A stretch of DNA of 64,000 nucleotides from an uncultured Verrucomicrobiae bacterium (GCA_963813025.1 CAWEXO010000011.1:69810-133809); one strand, 5' to 3'. Positions 37,662 through 47,536 are shown, numbered from the stretch's first letter. The notes: generated from the letters alone by a model not told the origin. Made by a program: numbers and translations.

Positions 37662-38194
37662 GGTTCCAGAACCCCGATCAGAGGCAGATTGCGGTATTGC
37701 TCCTGGTAATCCAAACCATAACCGACGACAAATTCATCCTCGATATCGAAACCAACATAGTCGGCTTCGATCGGCACGGCTCGATCCTTCCGTTTTCGCA
37801 AGAGAACACAACTGCGAACGCTTCGGGGACGACAATCGCGAGTGATCGCGTCGATGATCACCGAAAGAGTGCGCCCGCTGTCCAGGATATCGTCCAGCAA
37901 CAGTACGTGGCGTTCGCGCAAATCGGGTAGTGCGTCTCGATCAAACTCGACGCGGCCTGTCGACGTCGTACCCCCACAGTAGCTTTGCACACGCACACAA
38001 TCCAGTCGCAATGGCAATGGAATGCGCCGAAGCAAATCGGCCATGAAAATCAAGCTTCCGTTGAGAATCGCAAGGACGGTCAAATCCTTACCTTGGTAAT
38101 CGCGGGTGATCGCCGCCGCGATCTGGTCGAGTCGAGCCGCGATTTCCTCCTCTCGATAGAGTATTCTGGTCAGGTCTTGTTTCATCCGCTCCAA
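37658..38194 (-). CDS. hpt: hypoxanthine phosphoribosyltransferase
   Basis: VLLLDDILDSGRTL PRPP-binding motif and GYGLDY. Confidence 0.9.
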   Translation of the reverse strand: MERMKQDLTRILYREEEIAARLDQIAAAITRDYQGKDLTVLAILNGSLIFMADLLRRIPLPLRLDCVRVQSYCGGTTSTGRVEFDRDALPDLRERHVLLLDDILDSGRTLSVIIDAITRDCRPRSVRSCVLLRKRKDRAVPIEADYVGFDIEDEFVVGYGLDYQEQYRNLPLIGVLEP

Positions 38195-38312
38195 CCATCC
38201 TCCAGAGATAATGATCCGACGGGCAGCCCCGCTCTTCCGGTTTTAAGCTCCGGTCTGTTCCTCGTTTTGCCGAACAGCTTTATCGAGTGCCGCGAAGTTT
38301 GCTTCAAGCACG

Positions 38313-38933
38313 TCAGGCAGCAAGCGGAATATTCAAGGCGGCACGCTGGGCATACCGCCGGATCATTAGAATAAGACGCTGTTTTGAGGTCTTATCGGTA
38401 AACCGTAGTCCGTTTGCTTCAGCCAGCCGCCGCAGCTCGCCGAACGTCCGGCGGGCTATCTCGCCGCCAAATTCGTCATCGGCTAATCGCCCCAGCCGGA
38501 TAAACTCCTGTTGTAATCCAGCCTTCTGCTTGCCCCCCGAAGCGACGCGGGCAGCATCGGCAAACTCGTTTCGCAGGCGCTTGGCTACCTCCTGAGCGCA
38601 GTTCTCACGGTGAACGGTGTCGACAAATTCGTGTTTCGCCGCGGAGAGATTGTCGGCTTTCACTCGCTTGCCTGCGACCTCGCGGAGCATCCTGCGCAAG
38701 AGATCGAGGGTTAAGTGACGCTTTGCCGACGGCGAGCGCAGGAGAATCTCGAGCATCAGTTCGCCCGATTTACGGCTCGAGACGAATGCGTCGAGCGCTT
38801 CGGCAAACCGATCAACCTCCCGTTCGAGTCGCCGGGCGGAGCGGGCAAAATCGTTTCCTTCAATCTTGCCGGCTTGCTTGGTCAGGCGAGCGGCGATCAG
38901 GCTAAGTTTTTCGGACAGTTCCGGGTAATTCAT
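38313..38933 (-). CDS. hypothetical charged helical protein, translationally coupled to the ParA-like ATPase
   Basis: 206 aa. Its start overlaps the parA-like stop (ATGA). No recognisable domain. Confidence 0.5.
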   Translation of the reverse strand: MNYPELSEKLSLIAARLTKQAGKIEGNDFARSARRLEREVDRFAEALDAFVSSRKSGELMLEILLRSPSAKRHLTLDLLRRMLREVAGKRVKADNLSAAKHEFVDTVHRENCAQEVAKRLRNEFADAARVASGGKQKAGLQQEFIRLGRLADDEFGGEIARRTFGELRRLAEANGLRFTDKTSKQRLILMIRRYAQRAALNIPLAA

Positions 38934-39826
38934 CGTCTTCCATCCAGATGATCAAGGAGTGCTTGAGTCAAATCGCAATAATCCTGCGCCCCGATGCTTC
39001 CGGGCGCATAAAGAATGACTGGAAGATGCTCGCTCGTCGATTCCGCTACCCGCACACAATGCCGGATATAAGGATGCAGAACCTGGGTTTTGGCCGACAA
39101 AAAGCCCGCATTCTTGAGCTGACCGAGGGCAAGTTCCAGCTCGTTGACTGCCAAGCGAAAGACATTTCCGCTGTGCCGGTAATGGCTGACGATTAGCGCT
39201 CCGATATTCGGCCTATGCTTGTGCGCAAAGTGATCGGAAAACCGCTGCCGGAATTCGCGAATTTGTTCGGCTAATACCTGAAACCCGGAAAGGGACAAGT
39301 AATCAGGCACATAGGGAACGATACAACTTTCGGCCACAAACATGGCATTCTTCGTCGTGGTGTAGAGATTCGGCGGACAGTCGAGCAAAACAAAATCGTA
39401 ATCCTTAAATCGCGGACCCAGTGTCTTGGCGATCACTTCGTAAGAACGCGGCGGCCGCAGTTCATGCAATCCTTCCTCCGCCTTCAGCAACTCGACCGAG
39501 GCGGGGAGGAGATGCAGCCGCGGTAAGTCAACAAAGCCGGTCCAGGTGACAACCCCTCGCACCAGCGTCTCGTCAAAGCCAAACTTCTCTTTGCCCTCGA
39601 TCGCGTCATCGAAAATTTGAAAGGTCGACCTGCGCCCTTTGGCGACGTGCTCCCGCCATCGATCGGGCCGCATCAGCCAGAGGCTGGCATTGGATTGCGG
39701 ATCGAGGTCCACCACCAATACTTTTTTTCCATGGAGCTTGGCTAAAGTCGCTCCGATGTTAACTACCGTGGCGGTCTTGCCAACGCCTCCCTTGAAATTG
39801 ATAAAAGCGAGAATTGTTGCGCTCAT
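38930..39826 (-). CDS. ParA/MinD-family P-loop ATPase
   Basis: Deviant Walker A FINFKGGVGKTAT, VLVVDLDPQSNAS and LLDCPP motifs. Confidence 0.85.
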   Translation of the reverse strand: MSATILAFINFKGGVGKTATVVNIGATLAKLHGKKVLVVDLDPQSNASLWLMRPDRWREHVAKGRRSTFQIFDDAIEGKEKFGFDETLVRGVVTWTGFVDLPRLHLLPASVELLKAEEGLHELRPPRSYEVIAKTLGPRFKDYDFVLLDCPPNLYTTTKNAMFVAESCIVPYVPDYLSLSGFQVLAEQIREFRQRFSDHFAHKHRPNIGALIVSHYRHSGNVFRLAVNELELALGQLKNAGFLSAKTQVLHPYIRHCVRVAESTSEHLPVILYAPGSIGAQDYCDLTQALLDHLDGRR

Positions 39827-39921
39827 CCGCGAGCCCCATTATAACGCGCCGAGTTAGCTCGATCGATCAAGCGATTTATTTCCATTTGGTCACCAACACG
39901 CACGTTCTCACGCGCTTTTTT

Positions 39922-40469
39922 ATGAAGTACACCGCACTATCGGCCGCCGATTACGACCAGAAGCTTCGCGAAATCGGAAACTACCTTTGGGATCTGGAGC
40001 AATGCGCGGACTTGGCAAGTGCACGACCGGAGACCTCCCGAGTAGCCGATCTCGAAAACCGAATCAGCAGGCTGACGGCCAAAGCGGAGCGCTTTGCCCG
40101 GCAGCCCGGTGATCATCAGACCCTGGTTTTATGTCTCCGGTTTGGGGAACAGAATGCTGCGCGACTGGTCGCGCGCCGCCGCTTTCTTTGATCGGATCGT
40201 CCAGGCCGATCCACGAAATGGAGAGGCGTGGCTCGAATTGACCTGGTGCCTGGCCGAGCTCGGCCAGTGGCCAGCCGCAGCAGATGCCGCTCGCCGATCG
40301 ACCGAGATTTTTCCAAAAGCGGCGGCAAGCTGGAGCAAACCTGGCGCTGACACTCGCGCAGATCGGCCGCTCGGATGAGGCTCGGTTCGCCGAACAGCGC
40401 GCCGTCGAGCTCGCAGAGGGTCAGGTCGAAGTGACGGGTCCCAAGTCCCGAGTCCCGGGTCCCGAGTGA
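39922..40469 (+). pseudogene. TPR-like protein split over three frames (two +1 shifts)
   Basis: The ORFs at 39814-40191, 40094-40378 and 40284-40469 read consecutively in frames 1, 2 and 3. The fragments include DPRNGEAWLELTWCLAELGQWPAAADAARRS and ANLALTLAQIGRSDEA. Confidence 0.4.
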
Positions 40470-41752
40470 CCGGTCCCGCATACCTCTTCGATGGCCGTGC
40501 TGAGCGCCGACTCCGCCAAAGCAATCTCCTCTTCTGTTGCACACAGCGGGAGCATCAGGACAATCACGTCGCCAATCGGCCTGGTGAGCAACTGATGTGC
40601 GCGCGCCCGCTGGCAAATCAGGGCGCCTATTTGTTTTTCCGGCAAAAACGCAGTGCCGTCCGGCTTCCCGAGCTCAACTCCCGCAATGAACCCGCATTGG
40701 CGCGTCGCCCGAACAAAGCGGCTAAGGCCGATGCGCTCAAGCCCGTCCGCTAATCGCCGAATTTTGGGCAGAAGCCCGTCGAGCGTGCCTTCCGCTCGAA
40801 AAACGTCGAGGTTCGCGAGAGCCGCCGCACAGCCAAGCTGATTGCCTGCATAGCTGTGCCCGTAGAAAAAAGTTCGTTCCGTTCCGCCGAGAAAACCCTG
40901 AAAAATCTTTTCCGTCGTCAAAGTAGCGCCCAGCGGCAGATATCCGCCGGTCAGCCCCTTGGCCAGCGCCAGGAAATCCGGGGCGACGCTTTCGTGCTGG
41001 AAGGCGAACATTTTTCCGGTTCGGCCAAAGCCGGTCATAACCTCGTCGAAAATGAGAAAGACCTTATGTTGATCGCACCATGATCGCAATTTGCCGAGAA
41101 GCCCAGGCGGCCAGAGTCGCATGCCGGCTGCGCCTTGGATCAAAGGCTCGATGACAACCGCCGCAATCTCAGAGGGGTCCAGCGCGAGCAAGTCAGTCGC
41201 CGCCGCGATATGCTGAACCGGAAAGTGCCACGGGGCAAACCTGGCATGAAACGCCGGGATGCCTCCCAGGCTCGACGCGCCCATGGTGTCACCATGGTAG
41301 GCATTTGAAAAAGCCACCAGACGCTTCTTTTTTGGGAATCCATTCTGAAAAAAATACTGGAGACACATCTTGATGGCTACTTCGATCGCCGTTGAGCCAT
41401 CGTCGGAAAAAAAGACCCGCCTCAAGCGAGCCGGGTCAACCAGGTTCACGAGTTCTTCGGCCAGCCGTGCCGCAAGTGGATTGCCCAATCCCAAAAACGA
41501 GGTATGCGCCACCCGGCCCAGCTGATTGCGGATTGCCTGGTTTATCGACGGATGATTATGCCCATGGATATTAGTCCAGATCGACGAGTTACCATCCAGG
41601 TAGTTCCTTCCATCCGCGTCGAAAACCCAGGCTCCCTGTCCGCGTACGAGCATCAGGGGTTCGTACTCCGGCCGAAGCCAATCCAGCATCTGGGTGAACG
41701 GGTGCCAGACAAACTCTTTATCAGCTGCAACAAAGGATTTAGCAGTCTTCAT
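40421..41752 (-). CDS. bioA: adenosylmethionine-8-amino-7-oxononanoate aminotransferase
   Basis: VWHPFTQM, DGNSSIWTNIHGH, FDEVMTGFGRTGKMFA and class III aminotransferase features. The ATG at 41752 is preferred. The last ~18 codons run into the heptamer array. Confidence 0.85.
   Translation of the reverse strand: MKTAKSFVAADKEFVWHPFTQMLDWLRPEYEPLMLVRGQGAWVFDADGRNYLDGNSSIWTNIHGHNHPSINQAIRNQLGRVAHTSFLGLGNPLAARLAEELVNLVDPARLRRVFFSDDGSTAIEVAIKMCLQYFFQNGFPKKKRLVAFSNAYHGDTMGASSLGGIPAFHARFAPWHFPVQHIAAATDLLALDPSEIAAVVIEPLIQGAAGMRLWPPGLLGKLRSWCDQHKVFLIFDEVMTGFGRTGKMFAFQHESVAPDFLALAKGLTGGYLPLGATLTTEKIFQGFLGGTERTFFYGHSYAGNQLGCAAALANLDVFRAEGTLDGLLPKIRRLADGLERIGLSRFVRATRQCGFIAGVELGKPDGTAFLPEKQIGALICQRARAHQLLTRPIGDVIVLMLPLCATEEEIALAESALSTAIEEVCGTGHSGPGTRDLGPVTST
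40431..40479. repeat. tandem heptamer array GTCCCNN (7 units)
   Basis: gtgacgg gtcccaa gtcccga gtcccgg gtcccga gtgaccg gtcccgc. Confidence 0.7.
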
Positions 41753-42050
41753 CTCCAGAGTTTCGGCTTTGGCGCGCCAATTCACGTTCGGCCCAAACGT
41801 AGTCCTCGTACGAGGCGCGCCGATGCTGATACTTGCGAAAAAGCCGCTCTTTGAACTCGCGCAAATCTTCCACCAACGGACTGTCGTAGTATGTCCAGGC
41901 GTGTTCATCCGACCTTTTTGCCTGGAAACGCCAGCGCTTTGCTTGTTTGGTGACCCGGACCTCCCGTTTGAATCCGTCCGCGGTGCGTTCAGTCCAAATG
42001 TGCTGATTGCGCATCGGCTGAACTTTAGTTTGCGGCCCTTGTTCGTCCAC
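41739..42050 (-). CDS. hypothetical small basic protein
   Basis: 103 aa with a GTG start, overlapping the bioA start by 14 nt. No motif recognised. Confidence 0.4.
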   Translation of the reverse strand: MDEQGPQTKVQPMRNQHIWTERTADGFKREVRVTKQAKRWRFQAKRSDEHAWTYYDSPLVEDLREFKERLFRKYQHRRASYEDYVWAERELARQSRNSGDEDC

Positions 42051-42055
42051 GGTAA

Positions 42056-42958
42056 TTGCTTCCCTTGATTTTAAAGCTACTTTGCTATCTCTTTTTCACC
42101 GTTCTATTGGGGGCTGCTTTTGCGCCGGTGCTCTACGAAGCCGGCCAATGGAGCGCGCATTGGCCTCCGTTCGCGGCGCTCGCCGACAGCGATTTCAGCC
42201 GATTCTTTGATCGATCGGTTCTCCTGGCGGCTCTAGTATTGCTTTGGCCGACCATTCGCTGGACCGGACTTAGCCGCCTCGACCAGCTCGGGCTGCGCCG
42301 CAATCCCGCCCGGTGGCGGGACTTGGTAATCGGCTTTGGCTTGGCGGCGCTCACTATTGCGGTGCTTGGCAGCGGACTCTTAGCCGCCGGAGCGTATGCG
42401 GTGAAATGGCATCCGCCCCTGAACGCTCTTCCTCGTCTTTTCTTATCTTCATTCGTTGTCGCTTTGCTCGAGGAATTCCTCTTTCGCGGGGGGATTCTTG
42501 GGCTCCTCCGGCGCTCCCTGCCCGTGTGGGGCGCCCTCCTGGTCTCCTCATTCTTGTTTGCTATCGTGCACTTTCTGAAACCCGCGGACAATACGGTGTC
42601 CTTGGTCAGCTGGCACTCTGGTTTTGATCTTCTGCACGCACTGTTTTTTCGCTTCGCGGATCCGCTGCTGGTAGCGGGCGCCGGCCTCACCCTGCTTCTG
42701 CTTGGACTCGTCCTGGGTTATGCCACTATTAAAACCTCTTCACTTTGGCTGCCGGTTGGGCTTCACGCCGGCGTGGTCTTCGCCAAAATGGGCTTTAACA
42801 AGCTCACTAAACGATCCGGCGACCTTTTCCCCTGGTTTGGCGCAGACCTGACGGTCGGTTTGGGCGCTATTCTCATCATCGTTTTCCTTTGGTGTGCCGT
42901 CTGGTTTATTCTGCGGGTGAGCAGACCCCTTCCCTCCGATGTGGCACACAGCGCTTGA
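42056..42958 (+). CDS. CPBP-family intramembrane glutamic endopeptidase (CAAX protease/Abi)
   Basis: LLEEFLFRGGILG and FAIVHF motifs in a multi-TM protein. Confidence 0.8.
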   Translation: MLPLILKLLCYLFFTVLLGAAFAPVLYEAGQWSAHWPPFAALADSDFSRFFDRSVLLAALVLLWPTIRWTGLSRLDQLGLRRNPARWRDLVIGFGLAALTIAVLGSGLLAAGAYAVKWHPPLNALPRLFLSSFVVALLEEFLFRGGILGLLRRSLPVWGALLVSSFLFAIVHFLKPADNTVSLVSWHSGFDLLHALFFRFADPLLVAGAGLTLLLLGLVLGYATIKTSSLWLPVGLHAGVVFAKMGFNKLTKRSGDLFPWFGADLTVGLGAILIIVFLWCAVWFILRVSRPLPSDVAHSA

Positions 42959-43646
42959 GCTTTTTTATCCAGAACATTGCGTCGTCTGCGGGTCAGCCCA
43001 GACCGTCGCGCCATTGCTCTGTAAATCCTGCCACGAGACGGCTCAGAAGGTGACCGCACCCTTTTGCGAAATTTGCTCCCGGCCTTACGACGGCCAGATT
43101 CCCGCTCCCTTCTCCTGCCCAAACTGCATCAGCCAATCTTTTGGGTTTGCCTGCGCCGTCGCTCCCTATCGCGCGCGCGGAATCGTGCGCGAGTTAATCC
43201 ATCGTTTCAAGTACAACGGTGATTTTCATTTGCGCCACATTTTGGCCAGGTGGGCCGCTGAGGGTTTGGCAGATCCTCGGCTGCAACAATCGAGCTTCGA
43301 CGCTATAGTCCCGGTGCCGCTCCATCCGGCGCGACAGCGAGAGAGGGGCTTCAACCAAGCCCAAGCCATTGGCGAACTCCTTTCAAAAAAAAGTAACATC
43401 CCCCTGCAAACGTGTTTGCGCCGGGTTCGCTACACTGAGACCCAGACCCATTTCGATCGGGCAACCAGAATGCGAAATCTCCGAACCGCTTTTCGGGCCG
43501 CCGGCGACCCCATTTCGCTCGCGGGCAAAAAACTGCTGCTGGTCGACGATGTTTTCACGACGGGGTCTACCTTGGATGAATGCTCTCGTGTCTTGCTGGA
43601 AGCCGGGGCCGAATCGGTCAGTGCGATTACGATCGCCCGTGGGTGA
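42939..43646 (+). CDS. comF: ComF-family phosphoribosyltransferase-like protein
   Basis: N-terminal CxxC pairs, PVPLHPARQRERGFNQA and LLLVDDVFTTGSTL. Confidence 0.85.
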   Translation: MWHTALELFYPEHCVVCGSAQTVAPLLCKSCHETAQKVTAPFCEICSRPYDGQIPAPFSCPNCISQSFGFACAVAPYRARGIVRELIHRFKYNGDFHLRHILARWAAEGLADPRLQQSSFDAIVPVPLHPARQRERGFNQAQAIGELLSKKSNIPLQTCLRRVRYTETQTHFDRATRMRNLRTAFRAAGDPISLAGKKLLLVDDVFTTGSTLDECSRVLLEAGAESVSAITIARG

Positions 43647-43685
43647 ATGTTCTAACGGAGAGGCTTTTGATCACGCAGCCTAAGT

Positions 43686-44534
43686 ATGGCAATTTTTCCA
43701 AAACCAAGTCTTAAAACCGGACAAAAAAGGAAACGCGACATGCCCGAGGGTCTCTGGCAGAAATGCCCAAGCTGCGGTGAGGTGATTCACCACCTCGAGC
43801 TTACGCAGAACCTCGAGGTTTGCCCAAAGTGCGACCATCATTTTACCTTTTCGGCCGAGAAACGGATTACCAGCCTGGTCGATCTCGGTTCGTTTACCGA
43901 ACTTGATCCAAATCTGGAATCGGTCGATGTCCTCAATTTCACCGGAGTGGTCGCCTACACCGATCGACTCAAGAATTACCAGGAAAGAACCGGTCTTACA
44001 GATGCGGTCATTACCGGTTTCGCCACTTTGGAGTCGCGTCCAATCGCGTTGGCCGCCATGGACTTCAACTTCCTGGCGGCGACCATGGGTTCGGTTGTCG
44101 GCGAAAAAATCACGCGCCTGATCGAGAAGGGTACCGAGGCCCGCCGTCCGATCGTTATTTTCTGCGCTTCCGGGGGTGCCCGGATGTACGAGGGAATGTT
44201 CAGCCTCATGCAGATGGCAAAGACCAGCGGCGCTCTGGCCCGGCATGATCAAGCGAAGCTGCCGTACCTCGCCGTGCTGACTCATGCGACCACCGCCGGC
44301 GTTATGGCTAGCTTCGCTTCACTCGGCGACGTCATCATTGCTGAACCGAAAGCCATGATCGGCTTCGCGGGACCACGGGTGATCCGGGAGACGACCCAAC
44401 AGGAGTTGCCGCCGGGATTTCAGACAGCCGAGTTTTTGCAGGAACACGGTCTGATTGACCTCATCGTTCACCGCCGATCCATGCGCAGTGCTTTGAGCGG
44501 CTTACTCGGCTACCTGGATGCCGGACGCCGGTGA
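43686..44534 (+). CDS. accD: acetyl-CoA carboxylase carboxyltransferase beta subunit
   Basis: Zn-ribbon CPSCGEV...CPKCDHH, FLAATMGSVVGEK and SGGARMYEG. Confidence 0.9.
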   Translation: MAIFPKPSLKTGQKRKRDMPEGLWQKCPSCGEVIHHLELTQNLEVCPKCDHHFTFSAEKRITSLVDLGSFTELDPNLESVDVLNFTGVVAYTDRLKNYQERTGLTDAVITGFATLESRPIALAAMDFNFLAATMGSVVGEKITRLIEKGTEARRPIVIFCASGGARMYEGMFSLMQMAKTSGALARHDQAKLPYLAVLTHATTAGVMASFASLGDVIIAEPKAMIGFAGPRVIRETTQQELPPGFQTAEFLQEHGLIDLIVHRRSMRSALSGLLGYLDAGRR

Positions 44535-44538
44535 CTAA

Positions 44539-45750
44539 ATGAACTCCTACCAAAAGGCGCTTGAGTGGTTGTATGGCACTCAGGACCGGGGGGTGAAACT
44601 CGGTCTCGAGAATGTCCGGCGGTTACTCGCTCGTTTTGACAACCCCCACCGTCGGCTCCGTTGCGCCCATGTCACCGGCACTAATGGCAAAGGCTCCGTC
44701 TGCGCCATGATGGCGTCCATTTGCCGAGCTCAAGGTCTGCGGACCGGATTGTTCACCTCTCCTCATTTGGTTCGCTTTAATGAGCGGATCAACATCGACG
44801 GCCACGCCATCACCGATGATTTCGTCGTTGAGGGGCTGGAGCAAATCCGTGGGGCGATCGAACCCGAGACGCATCCCACCTTCTTTGAAATCACCACCGT
44901 CCTGGCCTTCAACTTCTTTGTCCGAGAGGGGTGTGACCTTGTCGTGCTGGAGACCGGACTGGGTGGACGACTTGATGCGACAAATGTCGTCTCGCCTTTG
45001 GTCACCGTTCTGACTTCGATCGATCTGGACCATCAAAAACTGCTGGGAAACACGCACGCGGAGATCGCCCGGGAAAAAGCCGGTATCATTAAGCCGGGAA
45101 TTCCCGTCGTCTCCGCGCCGCAGTGTCCCGAGGTGGAGAGCATCATTCGAGAGGTCGCGCTTCGACACTCCGCGCCGGTGAGATTTATCAGGAAGCCCGT
45201 CGAAGAACTGACGATAGCTCTCGCAGGATCTCACCAACGGCTGAACGCCGCGATCGCTATTGGCGCGCTTGAATCGGCTCAAGTTGTCCTCTCGGACGGC
45301 GCGGTCCGTCAGGGTTTAGCGACAGTCCACTGGCCCGGCCGTTTCCAATGCATCGATGCAAACCTGGTCCTCGACGGCGCCCACAACCCATCAGCCATTG
45401 CTCAACTGATTCAGACCTGGGAAGAACATTTCGGCCCGGTGAAGCCGGCGATTCTTTTTGGCGCACTTCGTGACAAAGCGATCAAGGAAATGCTGCTTCT
45501 CCTGAAGCCTCTGGCCGCCGAGTTGGCGGCAGTCCCGGTCAATAGCCGCCGGGCCGCTTCTCCGCAGGAGATCCAAGCCCTGGCAGGACCGGACGTGGAT
45601 CTTCGATCCTTTTCCTCCGTACCGGCTGCTCTCGCCGAGCTGCGGTCTCGCCACGAAATGATTCTGGCAACGGGTTCTCTTTTCCTCGTCGGGGAACTTC
45701 TTGCGATATTTGAGCCAGCTTCGGGAAATTATCAGCCGAGTTTACAATAA
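44539..45750 (+). CDS. folC: bifunctional folylpolyglutamate synthase/dihydrofolate synthase
   Basis: VTGTNGKGSV, ETGLGGRLDATN and DGAHNP motifs. Confidence 0.9.
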   Translation: MNSYQKALEWLYGTQDRGVKLGLENVRRLLARFDNPHRRLRCAHVTGTNGKGSVCAMMASICRAQGLRTGLFTSPHLVRFNERINIDGHAITDDFVVEGLEQIRGAIEPETHPTFFEITTVLAFNFFVREGCDLVVLETGLGGRLDATNVVSPLVTVLTSIDLDHQKLLGNTHAEIAREKAGIIKPGIPVVSAPQCPEVESIIREVALRHSAPVRFIRKPVEELTIALAGSHQRLNAAIAIGALESAQVVLSDGAVRQGLATVHWPGRFQCIDANLVLDGAHNPSAIAQLIQTWEEHFGPVKPAILFGALRDKAIKEMLLLLKPLAAELAAVPVNSRRAASPQEIQALAGPDVDLRSFSSVPAALAELRSRHEMILATGSLFLVGELLAIFEPASGNYQPSLQ

Positions 45751-45761
45751 CATTTGCATAG

Positions 45762-46130
45762 ATGGTTACTATTTGTTTGATTGAGGGAATGGTCGGCCGT
45801 CACCAGATCCTGCGTCCGGAGTTGCAGGCTTATCTCTGTCATTCCGGTAGTCAGCCCGGCCAGACTTGTAGTTTTGTGCTCGCCGCGCCACCGCGGAGCC
45901 GAACCATCCCTTACAGTCATCTCCTGGTTATCGATTCCCTGGGCGATCGCTTGATCACCGTGCGGTATTCGTTTGCCGACGTCGAAGTTTCTCTCGGGCG
46001 CGACTTTTCCGGTAAACGCCAGTTTCTGGATGATCTGGCCAGTTTCCGGGTGGCTCTTGTGCGGGAAGGACCACAGCTGCGTCTCCGCATCGTGGCGGAG
46101 CCATTCGTCGATAAATCGGTCGAATTCTAA
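45762..46130 (+). CDS. hypothetical protein (first ORF of the Rep/T4CP island)
   Basis: A 122-aa ORF with no motif recognised. Confidence 0.35.
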   Translation: MVTICLIEGMVGRHQILRPELQAYLCHSGSQPGQTCSFVLAAPPRSRTIPYSHLLVIDSLGDRLITVRYSFADVEVSLGRDFSGKRQFLDDLASFRVALVREGPQLRLRIVAEPFVDKSVEF

Positions 46131-46168
46131 ACCGCGTTTTTGGGCAAAGAAGATGCGAAGCCGTCAAT

Positions 46169-46720
46169 TTACGGCGAAGCGCTCGACCTCTGGCGAATTC
46201 CCCAGCGATTCATAATGGCGTTATTCAATGCGCGCCGGATGACGGGATTTTTTGCACAGACAAAGAATTGCTTCCACGGCGAGAGCGCCTCCAAAGCATC
46301 GAATTTCCGTGCTAAATCCAACAGCTGATCCATAACGTCTTCCGCGGTCGGGCTCAATATCCCGCGCAGTTCGGGAAGAGATTCGCGGGTCGATTCCGCG
46401 ATTTGCAGGCAAAAGGCAATCAGCTTCGCGGTGCTGATCACACTCAAGTATCCAGGCCGGCCCATTTGTGCGGCACTAAAAAGACGCGCGAAATTATCCA
46501 TTGAGATAACGCTGACCTCCCACTTGTCGCCGGCATCCGCGAACGCAAACGGGAATCGTGCATTGGCCAGATAATCACTGAGGCTCACTTCGACTTGCGG
46601 ATCCGGCGGCTCCGCGAAATTATAGGTATGCTCGGGCAAGATCGACCGGATATCCAGCAGTTCGTCCGCGGTCAGATCACGCAAGCCTGGGACGTTTGTC
46701 CGACGGTCTTGATCATTCAT
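46169..46720 (-). CDS. hypothetical protein, paralog of 47537-47977
   Basis: The ATG at 46720 (MNDQD...) is preferred, since the track start at 46894 overlaps rep. The C-terminus RRALNNAIMNRWG resembles REAVTNAVVNRWG of the other ORF. Confidence 0.45.
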   Translation of the reverse strand: MNDQDRRTNVPGLRDLTADELLDIRSILPEHTYNFAEPPDPQVEVSLSDYLANARFPFAFADAGDKWEVSVISMDNFARLFSAAQMGRPGYLSVISTAKLIAFCLQIAESTRESLPELRGILSPTAEDVMDQLLDLARKFDALEALSPWKQFFVCAKNPVIRRALNNAIMNRWGIRQRSSASP

Positions 46721-46736
46721 CCCAGTACCGCGGGAC

Positions 46737-47471
46737 TCAGGCGCTCGGCTTTGATCCGTTTGCGCGAGCTTTTTTCTTCTTTTCCTTGATCTCGAAAGCC
46801 AGCGACAAGACCCGTCGATACTTGGCTTGGCCAACCGCAACCAACCGGATGCCCAGATCAGTTTTCTTGTTGATCTCCTGGAGAGCCCGATCAATCGCCC
46901 GCTGCTTGAGATTCGGCCAATGAACCAGGCATCTTTCGCTGACTACGTTGCCCTCGGCGTCCCTGACTTCGTCAACACCCAGGATCTTCCGAATCTGAGG
47001 AATCGAAATCCGTTTCAGCCCGACGTGCCGCCAGCGCCACGCCCATTCGTAGAGGCGAATGGAATATTGGCTGGCCAATTTCACGCTGGCTCTTTCCGAA
47101 TCGACCTTCTGGTGCGCTTTCAGACGCTCGAAATGCGGCAAGAGACCCGGATCGACATGCAGGAACATCTTCTTATCGACCATCACGATCGAACTCAACC
47201 AGCGGGCAAACAACACCGAGTTTTGCGGGTCGTTGTTATGCAAAACGAGCCGGTGATAGGTCAGGAGCTTCAGGGCCGCCGGTTCGAGCTTGAGATCGGT
47301 CCATTCGAAACTGATCAATCCCGGTTTCAAACGATCAACGATACTCATGACAATCGCCCGCTCGTCTGGACTGAGTTTATAATAAGCCTCGATCAGGTCG
47401 TCGCCGAAACCGAGTTGCTCGGCCGATTCGGTTGAGGGCAACGTACCGAAAACTTTGTTGTATTTACGCAC
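46737..47471 (-). CDS. Rep_3-type (RepA/RepB winged-helix) replication initiator
   Basis: SQYSIRLYEWAWRW...KRISIPQIRKILGV...NLKQRAIDRALQEINKKTDLGI...RRVLSLAFEI matches the plasmid initiator pattern. Confidence 0.7.
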   Translation of the reverse strand: MRKYNKVFGTLPSTESAEQLGFGDDLIEAYYKLSPDERAIVMSIVDRLKPGLISFEWTDLKLEPAALKLLTYHRLVLHNNDPQNSVLFARWLSSIVMVDKKMFLHVDPGLLPHFERLKAHQKVDSERASVKLASQYSIRLYEWAWRWRHVGLKRISIPQIRKILGVDEVRDAEGNVVSERCLVHWPNLKQRAIDRALQEINKKTDLGIRLVAVGQAKYRRVLSLAFEIKEKKKKARANGSKPSA

Positions 47472-47536
47472 TTTACTTTCTCTGGATTAGAGTGTTACAA
47501 CATTCTATACATTTTTTATTTTTAGAGAAGACAAAA

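Noticed and set aside
40431-40479. The heptamer arrays (this one and 50018-50066) as CRISPR or minisatellite-type arrays.
   Set aside because: The units are contiguous with no spacers, are only 7 nt long, and no cas genes are nearby.
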